From: Leptonemataceae bacterium
Lineage (GTDB): Bacteria; Spirochaetota; Leptospiria; Leptospirales; Leptonemataceae
Length of the DNA stretch: 64,000 nt
Assembly: GCA_965227295.1 (NCBI GenBank)
Contig: OZ245742.1
Coordinates: 192,001-256,000 of the forward strand
Direction: 5' to 3'
Part shown: positions 38,041 to 47,389 of the stretch, piece by piece
Numbering within the stretch: position 1 is the first letter of the stretch
Layout of the letters: each line of letters starts with the position of its first letter
Position numbers and translations under genes: made by a program
The notes under the pieces: model-generated
The model's input: the letters and a program-made list of their open reading frames with translations, nothing else
Database searches by the model: none
What the model was told of the DNA's origin: nothing

Positions 38041-38691
38041 ATGCGTCCCTTAAAGAAAGAATACCGTACTTACCTACTCGTCGGCGTGGCCTGCACGGCC
38101 CTCGTCGCGACGATCATCCTCGCGCTCAGTGCCGGCGAACATCCGCGCGAGAGCGCACAGTCGAACGCCGGCGGACAGGATTCTACAGCCCCGGCCTGGG
38201 CCCCCTGGACCGGCGCCGGCGAACTCGGCGAAACGGAACCCCTGCCCGGCGAAGAAGCGGCCCCGGAGTACGCCGACGTCGATCTCGTAGCCGCCCGCCG
38301 CGCCATGCCGGACAATCTGTACTGGAAGTTCGCGTCTCCCCTGGACCCGCAGCAGGACGCCGAAGCCCTCAAACAACGCCGCGCCGAACAAAAACGCATC
38401 AACGAACTCTACGGTCGCGTGAACGCCAACGTCGCACCGGAAGAGGACATCCGCTCGTACTACGCGTTCGAGAAAAAGAAATCCGAAGACTACATTCAGT
38501 TTATGCAGTACCTGCTGCGCGAGTACGGCGAAGGCCTCGCGCCGAAAACGATGCAAATGCTCGGCCTGGGCATTAAGATGCACAAGCATAAGCTGGAGCG
38601 CTTGCCGATCGACCTGCAACGTTCGCTGGACCGACGCGCAGAGTACAAGAAAGGCAAAGAGGCCTGGCTGGCGGAGAAAGCTTCGCAGTAA
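38041..38691 (+). CDS. Membrane-anchored helical hypothetical protein
   Basis: N-terminal TM, Ala/Pro/Glu-rich linker, charged helical domain. Confidence 0.75.
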   Translation: MRPLKKEYRTYLLVGVACTALVATIILALSAGEHPRESAQSNAGGQDSTAPAWAPWTGAGELGETEPLPGEEAAPEYADVDLVAARRAMPDNLYWKFASPLDPQQDAEALKQRRAEQKRINELYGRVNANVAPEEDIRSYYAFEKKKSEDYIQFMQYLLREYGEGLAPKTMQMLGLGIKMHKHKLERLPIDLQRSLDRRAEYKKGKEAWLAEKASQ

Positions 38692-38780
38692 GAAAAAAAG
38701 CGCGCAACGATTCGCACGTTTCGATTGTTACCTCTCCAGATCGACTTGACCGGAACGACGGAACGTGCGAAGATCCAGCC

Positions 38781-39359
38781 ATGACCGCGCTCGTAGACAA
38801 TGAGCAGCCGTTGTATCACGGCCGCCGGGTTACGTTCGAAGAATACCTCGCCCTCGAACCCGACGGATACCGGTACGATATGATCGACGGAGTGCTCTAC
38901 TTGAAACCAGCGCACAACTGGAGGCACGGCGAACGTCAGGTTCGCGTGGGTTCCATCATTCAACACTATCTCGACGCCCATCCCATCGGACGGGTCTTCA
39001 ACGAAACCGACGTCTATCTGCACGACGGCAACGACGACATCGTGCGCCCGGACATTTGCGTCGTGAAGCACGATCGTTTGCACTTCCTCAAGGAAGTCCA
39101 CATCGATGGTCCGCCGAATCTGGTGGTCGAACTGCTCTCGGATCGCACGGCAAAGCGAGACCTCGGTACCAAAGCCGATCGTTATCTCGGCGCCGGCGTT
39201 CAGGAGTACTGGATCATCGATCCGCGGGTGGATTCCATGCAGGTCTGGTTCGCGGAGGACAAACAAGGACAGCCCCGTTGGCGCAAGATCGTCGACTCCC
39301 GCGTCGAAAGCGCCGTGTTACCGGGACTCGTCCTCGAGCCCGGCCGCGTCTTTCGATGA
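38781..39359 (+). CDS. Uma2/DUF820-family endonuclease-like protein
   Basis: TFEEY, IDG.L...P...H, RPDI, PNLVVELLS.RT..RD...K...Y...GVQEYWIIDP, SAVLPGL. Confidence 0.9.
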   Translation: MTALVDNEQPLYHGRRVTFEEYLALEPDGYRYDMIDGVLYLKPAHNWRHGERQVRVGSIIQHYLDAHPIGRVFNETDVYLHDGNDDIVRPDICVVKHDRLHFLKEVHIDGPPNLVVELLSDRTAKRDLGTKADRYLGAGVQEYWIIDPRVDSMQVWFAEDKQGQPRWRKIVDSRVESAVLPGLVLEPGRVFR

Positions 39360-40004
39360 ATCCACCCATCGTCGATCCAGCACCAGTGTCTCAGCAATTC
39401 TGTCGTGTAACGCCTGCCGCCGCGCATCAGAGAACATCATCCAAAGACTCACCGGCCATATCGGTAACGCAATGAAGCGCACCACAAAACGTGCGGTGGC
39501 TCTGGAGATCGTCAGGCGTCGACCGTAACGATCCGAGACGATCAAACTGAACAACAACTTACCCGGCGTCGCGCAAAACCGTGAGCTTTCCATTCGTGCA
39601 TGATACAGCCATACGGCCGTCAGCCCGCCCTGCAGGAGAAACAACATGTACATAAAATACAGTTGAGGGCGATGCGACTGGATGGCCATAGGGCCGAAAA
39701 TACTGAGCACTCCAAATACGAGGAGAAACAGTACTACGAACGGATTCGACTCCGACAATTCTAAGACCCGCAGAAGATAAAACAGCAAGCTTACGACCAG
39801 TTTGCCGAGGAGTAGCAGTCCTTCGAACAAGAAGTAAACGACCGCGATCCCGGCCAGGAAACAGATCGCGGCCCCGAAGAGATCGATGATAAACGCCGCG
39901 CAGCGACGGATGGCATCCGCGTGATATAAATGCGCCAGTTGATCCGGCGCCGCGACGTACGGCGATCGCGGTTCTCGCGCGATCACCGTCGACTCTGGAT
40001 TCAC
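39318..40004 (-). CDS. RDD-family membrane protein
   Basis: RRCAAFIID, ATPGKLLFSLIV, RQALHDRIAETLV. Confidence 0.8.
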   Translation of the reverse strand: MNPESTVIAREPRSPYVAAPDQLAHLYHADAIRRCAAFIIDLFGAAICFLAGIAVVYFLFEGLLLLGKLVVSLLFYLLRVLELSESNPFVVLFLLVFGVLSIFGPMAIQSHRPQLYFMYMLFLLQGGLTAVWLYHARMESSRFCATPGKLLFSLIVSDRYGRRLTISRATARFVVRFIALPIWPVSLWMMFSDARRQALHDRIAETLVLDRRWVDSSKDAAGLEDESR

Positions 40005-40005
40005 C

Positions 40006-40587
40006 TCAACTCCGCGTATCGTGGCGCGGCAACGCCGACGCGTGGCGATGCGGAGCGGCCATCTCGTCCTCGTGATAGTCCGCGGGCACGCGATACAACA
40101 CGAGCGTACCGGCGATGAAGTCGTGCAACGCCTGTTTGCGCGAAGAGAACGCCGCCATAATGTATCCTACGAAAAACGTAAGACCGGTGATGAACTTCGA
40201 AAAGTACCGCGCGGTGGCGCGTTCAAACGTAATGCGCCGGCCGTGTTTGTCGGAGACGACGATGCCCAGAGCCATCTTGCCGAGCGTCGCGCTGTTCACG
40301 GAGCTTTCCATTAACGCGAAGTACAACCAGCCCGTCCAGAGCGATAACAGGTTACCGACGGAGGCCATAATGATCAGGAAGCCGGCGCCGCCCTTCAAGT
40401 ACGTGAGGATCCCGTCTGCATCGGCCTCCGCCGCAGCGCCGCCGATCAAAGGCAATAGCAGAAGAAACGGCAGGGCCAGGATGGCACCCAACACCATATT
40501 GATCACGCTGACGACCATCGAATCAATGATGAGAGCAAAGAAGCGGCGCCAGAAGCCGGCCAGGTAAACACTGCGCTGAGAAGTCAT
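40006..40587 (-). CDS. RDD-family membrane protein
   Basis: AGFWRRFFALIID, ATLGKMALGIVV, KQALHDFIAGTLV. Confidence 0.88.
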   Translation of the reverse strand: MTSQRSVYLAGFWRRFFALIIDSMVVSVINMVLGAILALPFLLLLPLIGGAAAEADADGILTYLKGGAGFLIIMASVGNLLSLWTGWLYFALMESSVNSATLGKMALGIVVSDKHGRRITFERATARYFSKFITGLTFFVGYIMAAFSSRKQALHDFIAGTLVLYRVPADYHEDEMAAPHRHASALPRHDTRS

Positions 40588-40690
40588 ATTATGTCCTGTA
40601 AACGATCTTTCCGTTTATGAAACACTCCACGGTGTTTCCACAACATGCAGGTACCCGCAGGAAGTTAATGAGTCAATAAATATTACTGAC

Positions 40691-41386
40691 TCAACTTGCC
40701 GGTTCGCCGTCGGGTCCCTGTTCCCAGAGCAATTGAATCGAATCGCCGTCGTGAATCTCTTCGAGCGAAAGATACTCCGGCCCGAAGAACTCCACCAGGC
40801 GCATCATGATCATGTTCGTCTGCACGAAGAAGTGAACCCGATCGTCGTCCTTCACACTGACACGCACCAGGCGGATCTCGCCGAAGTTCTGCACGTATCC
40901 CGGAACCTTTTGCAAGAAGTAGTCGAGGTCCATGAGGATGCCGCCGGTCTCGTTGCCCTCGGGAAGTTGAAAGACCTTCGGCTGCGTGGTGGCGAGGGCC
41001 CGCAGGAACTGGCGCTGGACCCGCGGCAAAAAGCGAGACGCCAGGTTCATGAGATCCACCGTACTGCTCGATGGGTCCCGCATGCGGAAGCGGTGCAGAT
41101 CCAGAAAGACCTGACTGCGCCGGGTATCGCGCACGCGGAACTGCGCCTCGATTCCGACACGGCGATAGCCCATGGTGGACAGGCGGTGGTCCGTATCCGG
41201 AAGATAGATGCCCTGAAACATGACGAGCCCCTGCACGGACGTAACCGTCAGCGACTCGAGATTACGGCGACGCTCCACGACGTACTTCTGCAAGACCGGC
41301 TTCAGCGCTTCGAGGGAGAGTACGACCTTGAACATCCGCCCGTAGAGCGGGTTCGCGAACTCGTTGATGTCGTTGAGCCACTGCAC
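40691..41386 (-). CDS. Hypothetical protein
   Basis: 231-aa ORF with genome-typical codon usage, GTG start after GGAG, divergent from gpsA. Confidence 0.72.
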   Translation of the reverse strand: MQWLNDINEFANPLYGRMFKVVLSLEALKPVLQKYVVERRRNLESLTVTSVQGLVMFQGIYLPDTDHRLSTMGYRRVGIEAQFRVRDTRRSQVFLDLHRFRMRDPSSSTVDLMNLASRFLPRVQRQFLRALATTQPKVFQLPEGNETGGILMDLDYFLQKVPGYVQNFGEIRLVRVSVKDDDRVHFFVQTNMIMMRLVEFFGPEYLSLEEIHDGDSIQLLWEQGPDGEPAS

Positions 41387-41533
41387 GAATTCCCGCTCCG
41401 TGAAACGAAAGATGCGTCCGGTCGAGAATGACGGGGCGTCATTCGGCGTCCAGAAATCCTTGTATCGTCGAGAAGATCGTTCGTCTCGTTAAGAAAAGGT
41501 TGTCATCCTGAAGGCAGACGCTCTCTTCCAGTC

Positions 41534-42535
41534 ATGAAAGTCGCCGTTCTGGGTTCCGGAAGTTTCGGTACCGCTCTCGCCTCCATCCTCGCCACAAAAT
41601 CCTACGATGTCACCATCTGGACGCGCCGCGAAGAACTCGCCGCGGATATCAACGAGCGCCACGAGAATACAAAGTACCTGCCCGGCCTCGAACTCCCGCC
41701 GAACGTAAAGGCCGACACGGACATCGGCCGCACCCTGGCCGGTGCCGAAATGGTGGTCGTGGCGATTCCGGCCCAGCAGATCGGCGGCGTCATGAAGGAA
41801 CACGGCGGCCTGCTGCCGGAGAACGTGCCCATCGTCTCGGCGGCGAAGGGCATCGAAGAGGGTCGCCTGCGTCTGGTCTCGGAGATCCTCGAAGAGGAAC
41901 TACCCGAAAAGCACCACGCCCACCTCAGCTATCTTTCCGGACCGAGCTTCGCCAAAGAGATGATCCAGGGCATACCGACCGCGGTCAGCATTGCCTCGCA
42001 CAACGAGGAGACGGCGAAGGCCGTCCAGCACGCCTTTCACACCGGCTTTTTTCGAACCTACTGGACGCCGGACGTCATCGGCGTGGAAGTCGGCGGTTCG
42101 CTGAAGAACGTCATCGCCATCGCCGCCGGGGTCAGCGACGGCCTGGGCTTCGGTTTGAACACCCGGGCCGCCATCATCACCCGGGGTCTCACGGAAATCA
42201 CCCGCCTGGGCAAGGCCAAGGGCGCGGATCCCATGACCTTCCTGGGCCTCGCCGGCATGGGCGACCTCGTGCTCACCTGCACCGGCAACCTCAGCCGGAA
42301 CCGGACCGTCGGCATGAAGCTCGGCGAAGGCAAGAAGCTCAAGCAGGCTCTGGACGAAATGAACCAGGTCGTCGAGGGCGTGTACACCGCGGAGTCCGCC
42401 TACCAGTTGAGCCGGAAGCTGAATGTGGATATGGCCATCACGCGCGAGGTTTACCGGTTATTATATGAAGACAAGGAGCCGCTTCAGGTGACGAAGGATC
42501 TCATGGGCCGCGAACTCAAGCGCGAGGGCATCTGA
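41534..42535 (+). CDS. gpsA: NAD(P)H-dependent glycerol-3-phosphate dehydrogenase
   Basis: [48 protein letters not shown]. Confidence 0.96.
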   Translation: MKVAVLGSGSFGTALASILATKSYDVTIWTRREELAADINERHENTKYLPGLELPPNVKADTDIGRTLAGAEMVVVAIPAQQIGGVMKEHGGLLPENVPIVSAAKGIEEGRLRLVSEILEEELPEKHHAHLSYLSGPSFAKEMIQGIPTAVSIASHNEETAKAVQHAFHTGFFRTYWTPDVIGVEVGGSLKNVIAIAAGVSDGLGFGLNTRAAIITRGLTEITRLGKAKGADPMTFLGLAGMGDLVLTCTGNLSRNRTVGMKLGEGKKLKQALDEMNQVVEGVYTAESAYQLSRKLNVDMAITREVYRLLYEDKEPLQVTKDLMGRELKREGI

Positions 42536-42692
42536 GCGCCTCCCTCCAACCCGCGGATACCTTAAGAATTACTAAAAGTATGTGTAGAAAAAACGGGATT
42601 TCGTGCTTGCCGCCGGCTTCGGGATGCGGTAGATTCGCCGAAGATTCTGTGTCAGACAGATTCGCCGGGTTTTCCCCGGCCTGCATCTGCCC

Positions 42693-44258
42693 ATGCGCCG
42701 CGCCACATCTCGTTCAGCGCTCCTTGCGCCCGCGCCGGTTTCCGGATCGCTCCTCATCCCTGCTCTCGTAGCGCTCTTCGCGGCGCTGCCCCTGGGCCCG
42801 ACCGACCTGCGCGCGGACGTCATCGGCGATCGCGAGCTGGGAACACTCCAACCGGGCCCGGCCGGCAATACGGCCTATCGCAGTTCCGGCCTGGACCCGG
42901 AGTATCCGCAGGGCACTCTCACGGTTCAGCTCAGCGAACAACCGAATCAGGTGTTCCGTCTGCTCGTCGAAGGAACAGGCCCCCGGCAGTCGGACCTGGG
43001 CCTCCGCGTGGGGGATCAAACGTTCGACCAGGACCTCCAGGGAGACTACCGCCGGGAAAGCGTGCTGCTCCAGGGCGGGCGCACGCACACGGTCCAGATC
43101 TTTCAAATCAACCAGTCACCGGCCGACATCAAGCTTCGCATGCGCCTCGAACGCCTGGAGCCGCAAGGCCTCGTTCGGGATCAGCCGCGTGGCGCGAGCG
43201 TGGACGCGCAGCAACCTTCGGCCTTCTTCGTATTTGATCATCCGGCACCCGGACCGCTCACGCTGACTCTCGAAAGCGACGCGGAATCACGGACGGAGCT
43301 TACCGCTGTCCTCCTGCAGCCGGACGGGCACATCGTCCTCCGCGACGAGGACGAAGACCGCGATCCCCACAACGAAATCGTCCTCCTCCCCGAGGCCCCC
43401 GCCGGCCGCTACTACGTGGAAATCCGGCGCCGGGTCCTGTGGTCTCGTCGGCAGACTGGCCAGGCGGGCTTTCGCGTTTCCTACCACAACCGCCTGTTAG
43501 AAGTGGAGAGCAATCTTCGCGTGGCGGAAATGGAAGGACAGGAGCCGACGGAAGACCCAGGCGAGGCCGACGAGGAGTCCGGCCATTTGCGATCCATTGC
43601 CCATGTCGTACCGGGGGAGGACTTCCTGCCCGGCCGCAAGATTCAAGGCCGTCTCGACCGGCGCAATCCGCGCACGTTTCACCGCGTGAACGTGGAGGCG
43701 GAACGCCCGCTGCTCATTGATGTGAGGGCGGAATTGGGCGACCTCATGTTGATTGTGCGCGGGCCGTTTGAGTACCGCGCGGACTTCGACGCCGGCAAGG
43801 AACCGGGCCGGGAAATCGTAGTCCTGCCGTTTGCCGGGGAGTATCAAATCCTGGTGCAGTCCTCGGACCCCGAGGAAGATCGCACCATTCCGTACACCGT
43901 TCGGACGGCCGTGCTCAATCCGCGGGAACTCAAGGCCGGCCAGAGCGAAGAACAGAACATCGGCCTGCACGAGCCCGGCCTGTATCGCTTCACGGTGGGC
44001 TACAACTTCCCGGTGCTTGTCAACGTCCGCGGCCGCAAACCCGCGGATCTCTTTCTAACGATCTTCGCACGCAAGAGCGACGGCAGCATCGAAGTCCGCA
44101 ACCAGGACGCCGACGAAAACGGCCGAACCGGCGATGAACTGGTGCGCATCACATCGTCCGGCGAATTTTACATTATGGTCCGCCAGGGTTCCGGTCGACT
44201 GCGAAACATCTCGTTCGAGATCCAGCTCGATGAGAACCCCGTGCTCTCCGCGCCTTGA
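42693..44258 (+). CDS. Secreted protein with repeated PPC-like beta-sandwich modules
   Basis: Signal peptide; about four modules with DLxLx...DxD....E pattern and GRYYVEI/GEYQILV/GEFYIMV strands. Confidence 0.62.
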   Translation: MRRATSRSALLAPAPVSGSLLIPALVALFAALPLGPTDLRADVIGDRELGTLQPGPAGNTAYRSSGLDPEYPQGTLTVQLSEQPNQVFRLLVEGTGPRQSDLGLRVGDQTFDQDLQGDYRRESVLLQGGRTHTVQIFQINQSPADIKLRMRLERLEPQGLVRDQPRGASVDAQQPSAFFVFDHPAPGPLTLTLESDAESRTELTAVLLQPDGHIVLRDEDEDRDPHNEIVLLPEAPAGRYYVEIRRRVLWSRRQTGQAGFRVSYHNRLLEVESNLRVAEMEGQEPTEDPGEADEESGHLRSIAHVVPGEDFLPGRKIQGRLDRRNPRTFHRVNVEAERPLLIDVRAELGDLMLIVRGPFEYRADFDAGKEPGREIVVLPFAGEYQILVQSSDPEEDRTIPYTVRTAVLNPRELKAGQSEEQNIGLHEPGLYRFTVGYNFPVLVNVRGRKPADLFLTIFARKSDGSIEVRNQDADENGRTGDELVRITSSGEFYIMVRQGSGRLRNISFEIQLDENPVLSAP

Positions 44259-44263
44259 ATTTT

Positions 44264-44390
44264 GACTCCGAGGTCCCGAGAGGCAAGATGAAATTTTCAT
44301 CATGCTGAACTTCGCGCTCATCGCCGAACGCCGTTCTACGGAAGCAGGCCCTCCCCGTCTTTCTCCTCGGTATCTCGGTCCTCGGAGTCA
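44264..44390. repeat. Intergenic inverted-repeat element (ACTCCGAGGACCGAG family), copy 2
   Basis: gactccgaggtcccgag faces cctcggtatctcggtcctcggagtca. Confidence 0.78.
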
Positions 44391-44487
44391 TTCCCCGATT
44401 ATGTCCCCGGTTTAGCCGATATTCCTCGATCCTTAGAAAAAAACTATTGCGACGTGGGGAAAGAGTGCATAAATCTGGCGCAGCGAC

Positions 44488-46410
44488 ATGACGGCCTCCT
44501 CTAATACACCGGCGAAATCATCCCTGCGTTTTTCGTTCGCATTTAAACTGGCCCTTGCCTTCGCGCTCCTCGTTACCATCGCAACCGGCGGTAGTATGAT
44601 CTGGGTCTACCAGCAGACTCGCTCGCTCGTCATCGAGCAGATGCGCAACCGCCTCAAAGACATCGGTCGAACGGGCACGTTCCTCTTCGAACAACAACAT
44701 CGTCAGGATCTGCGCAAGCTCCTGGACATCGTTCACGAGAACATGGAGTTCTCGAATACGCCGGAACAGGCGGCAATCCTGGCCGACGAAGAACAGGGCA
44801 CCTACGAATCCCTGCCGCCGGAGTTATCTTCGAAAGTTATGGAGAGCCCGGAGTTCCAGCGCGTCGTTACGGCACTACGGCAAATCCGCGAAGGCTCACG
44901 CTGGCACGTCCGCCCGCTCTACGACATCCCGGCCCTGGACATCATCCGCGCCGAACAGGAAGATCTGCCGAAAGACGAGCAGGACTTTCCGACTCTGGAG
45001 TACATCTATCTCCTCGCCGAAGTACCCGGCTATCCGAAAGAGCAGTACATCATGTATCTTGCCGATTCGGACTACCTGCCCGTGGACGCCGACGGCGACG
45101 GCGCGTACGACGGCGACGACGACTACGAAGGCAATCCCATCGCGAACCTGACGCCGCCGCTCACGGAAGAAATGCACATGGGTTTCTCCGGCGAGGCCGT
45201 CTCCGAGAAAACGTTTACCGAGGACCAGTGGGGTGACGTCGTCATCTCCGGTTACGTTCCGATCCTGGACGCTCAGGGCAACGTGCTTGCAGTCCTCGGT
45301 ATGGACTATAACGCGAAGAGTGACGCCAACCGCATCAGCGATCTGCTGCAGTTCTCCATCGCCACGACGGTGGTGGTGTTCATCCTGGCCATCGGCATGT
45401 CGATCCTCATGGCGCGGCTCTTAACTCGTCCTATTAAGAAGTTACAGGAAGGCGCCGAACGCGTGGGCGACCGGGACTTCAGTACCCAGGTAGACGTGCG
45501 GTCTCGAGACGAGCTCGGCGTGCTCGCGAAGTCGTTCAACTCCATGGTAACCGAGATCCGCGAGTACGCGAACAACCTGGAAGAACTAAACGCCGCCTAC
45601 GAACGTTTCGTGCCGCAGGAGTTTCTGCGGCAAATGGGCCAGAACAACATCATCGATGTAAAACTCGGCGATCAGGTCATGCGCGAGATGACCATTCTCT
45701 TTTCGGACATCCGTTCGTTTACAACGCTCTCGGAAACGATGACGCCGAAGGAAAACTTCGACTTCCTGAACGCCTATCTACAACGGGTATCCCCGCTCAT
45801 CCGGACACACCAGGGTTTCATCGATAAATTCATCGGCGACGCCATCATGGCGCTGTTTCCGGAGAATGTGAGGAACGCCGTGGACGGCGCCATCGACATG
45901 CAGGCGGAACTCCGCTCGTTCAACGATGCGCATCCCGACGCCCCGCCCATTCGCATCGGCATCGGGCTGCACACGGGCAACCTCATGCTCGGTACCATCG
46001 GCGAAGAACGGCGCATGGAAAGCACGGTGATTTCGGACGCGGTGAACACGGCCTCCCGCCTGGAGGGCCTCACCAAAAGCTTCGGCGCGAACATCCTGAT
46101 CAGCGAGTACTCCATCAACATGATGCACCAGGAGAATCACAGTTTCTCCTCTCGCTACCTGGGCAAGGTGCGGGTCAAAGGCAAACGCGCCTCGGTGAAC
46201 GTCTTCGAAATCCTGAACGCCGACGCCCCGGACCTCATGGACCGCAAGCTGAAGACCAAAGAACGCTTCGAAGAAGCCATTGCCCTGTTCCAGCAGGGCA
46301 AGTTCGGCGACGCGGCGCGGATCTTCCGCGAAGTGATCGACGCCAACGAACTGGACTCCGCCGCCCGGGCTTATGTCGACCGCTGCGAACGGATCTCCAC
46401 CGATCTCTAA
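44488..46410 (+). CDS. Membrane adenylate cyclase (class III) with periplasmic sensor and HAMP domain
   Basis: Two TMs; HAMP SRDELGVLAKSFNSM; FSDIRSFT, DKFIGDAIM, TVISDAVNTASRLE. Confidence 0.92.
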   Translation: MTASSNTPAKSSLRFSFAFKLALAFALLVTIATGGSMIWVYQQTRSLVIEQMRNRLKDIGRTGTFLFEQQHRQDLRKLLDIVHENMEFSNTPEQAAILADEEQGTYESLPPELSSKVMESPEFQRVVTALRQIREGSRWHVRPLYDIPALDIIRAEQEDLPKDEQDFPTLEYIYLLAEVPGYPKEQYIMYLADSDYLPVDADGDGAYDGDDDYEGNPIANLTPPLTEEMHMGFSGEAVSEKTFTEDQWGDVVISGYVPILDAQGNVLAVLGMDYNAKSDANRISDLLQFSIATTVVVFILAIGMSILMARLLTRPIKKLQEGAERVGDRDFSTQVDVRSRDELGVLAKSFNSMVTEIREYANNLEELNAAYERFVPQEFLRQMGQNNIIDVKLGDQVMREMTILFSDIRSFTTLSETMTPKENFDFLNAYLQRVSPLIRTHQGFIDKFIGDAIMALFPENVRNAVDGAIDMQAELRSFNDAHPDAPPIRIGIGLHTGNLMLGTIGEERRMESTVISDAVNTASRLEGLTKSFGANILISEYSINMMHQENHSFSSRYLGKVRVKGKRASVNVFEILNADAPDLMDRKLKTKERFEEAIALFQQGKFGDAARIFREVIDANELDSAARAYVDRCERISTDL

Positions 46411-46550
46411 GTTCGCTTCAGTTGAATCTAATAAGTCGGCCCGGAGCTAACACGGTGTCGGCGGCTTACGTCACGTAAGTGATTTTCCTCTGTCATCCCG
46501 TGCGTTCCTCTTTGTGGTTGACCCGCCTCTCTCCGGCAAGAAGCTGGAGC

Positions 46551-47228
46551 ATGCCCTCATCCTCACGACGGATTGCCGCGTTTTACGATGTGGACGGGAC
46601 CCTGGTCGACTCGAACATCGTCTACGCCTATCTCTACTACGCCCTGCGCCTGCCGAAGATCTCGGATCGCCTGAAGCGCATCTCCCGGGCCGCGCTGCTC
46701 TCGCCGGTGTACATCGCCGCGGAGCTGTTCAATCGCTCGGCCTTTAACAGGTTATTTTACGCGAACTACAAGGGCCTGCCCTTCGAACGCCTGCGGCTCA
46801 TGGGTCGCGAGGTGGCCGAAAAGGCTTTTATTCCGCATCTCTATGCCGACGCCCGGAGTCGCATTCGCACGGCAAAGGAACAGGGCATCGTGCAGGTGAT
46901 CGTCTCCGGCGCTCTGGATTTGGTGATGGAGCCCTTCGCCGCGGAGCTGGGCATCGACCACGTCATCGCCAACCGCCTGGAGTTTCAGGACAACGTCGCG
47001 ACGGGGCGGTTGCTGCCGCCGGTCCTGGCCGGCGAAGAAAAACGCAAGGCGGTCCAGACCTTCGCGCGGGAAAACGACATTGATCTTTCGCTCTCGTACG
47101 CCTTCGGCGATTCAAAAGCGGACCTGGGCATGCTTGAGTCGGTGGGTTTTCCGTGCGTGGTGAACCCGGGCAAGAACCTGGAAAGCATCGCCGCCGAACG
47201 CGGCTGGACGGCGTTGGCTTTTTCGTGA
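46551..47228 (+). CDS. HAD-IB family hydrolase (SerB-like)
   Basis: AFYDVDGTL, IVSGA, GEEK, AFGDSKADLGML...VVNP. Confidence 0.9.
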   Translation: MPSSSRRIAAFYDVDGTLVDSNIVYAYLYYALRLPKISDRLKRISRAALLSPVYIAAELFNRSAFNRLFYANYKGLPFERLRLMGREVAEKAFIPHLYADARSRIRTAKEQGIVQVIVSGALDLVMEPFAAELGIDHVIANRLEFQDNVATGRLLPPVLAGEEKRKAVQTFARENDIDLSLSYAFGDSKADLGMLESVGFPCVVNPGKNLESIAAERGWTALAFS

Positions 47229-47238
47229 AGGGGATGCG

Positions 47239-47384
47239 ACTCCGAGGAACGAGGGAACGTGGGAACGTGGGAACGTGGGAACGTGGGAACGAGAATAGAA
47301 AGAAGGCACTCATAACGAACAGCCACCAGGATACGATAGCTCTCCGAAAAATCCTCGGTGCCTCGGCGCCTCGGTGTTGAAAAT
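47239..47384. repeat. Intergenic inverted-repeat element copy 3, left arm expanded into (GGGAACGT)x4 tandem repeat
   Basis: actccgaggaacga then gggaacgt x4 (47253-47284) and gggaacga; right arm cctcggtgcctcggcgcctcggtgttgaa. Confidence 0.82.
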
Positions 47385-47389
47385 CTTTT

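Noticed and set aside
38781-39359. Restriction-modification or defence island around Uma2
   Set aside because: No methyltransferase or other defence gene adjacent; Uma2 genes are commonly solitary.
47245-47292. CRISPR array
   Set aside because: 8-nt tandem units without spacers; no cas genes in the window.
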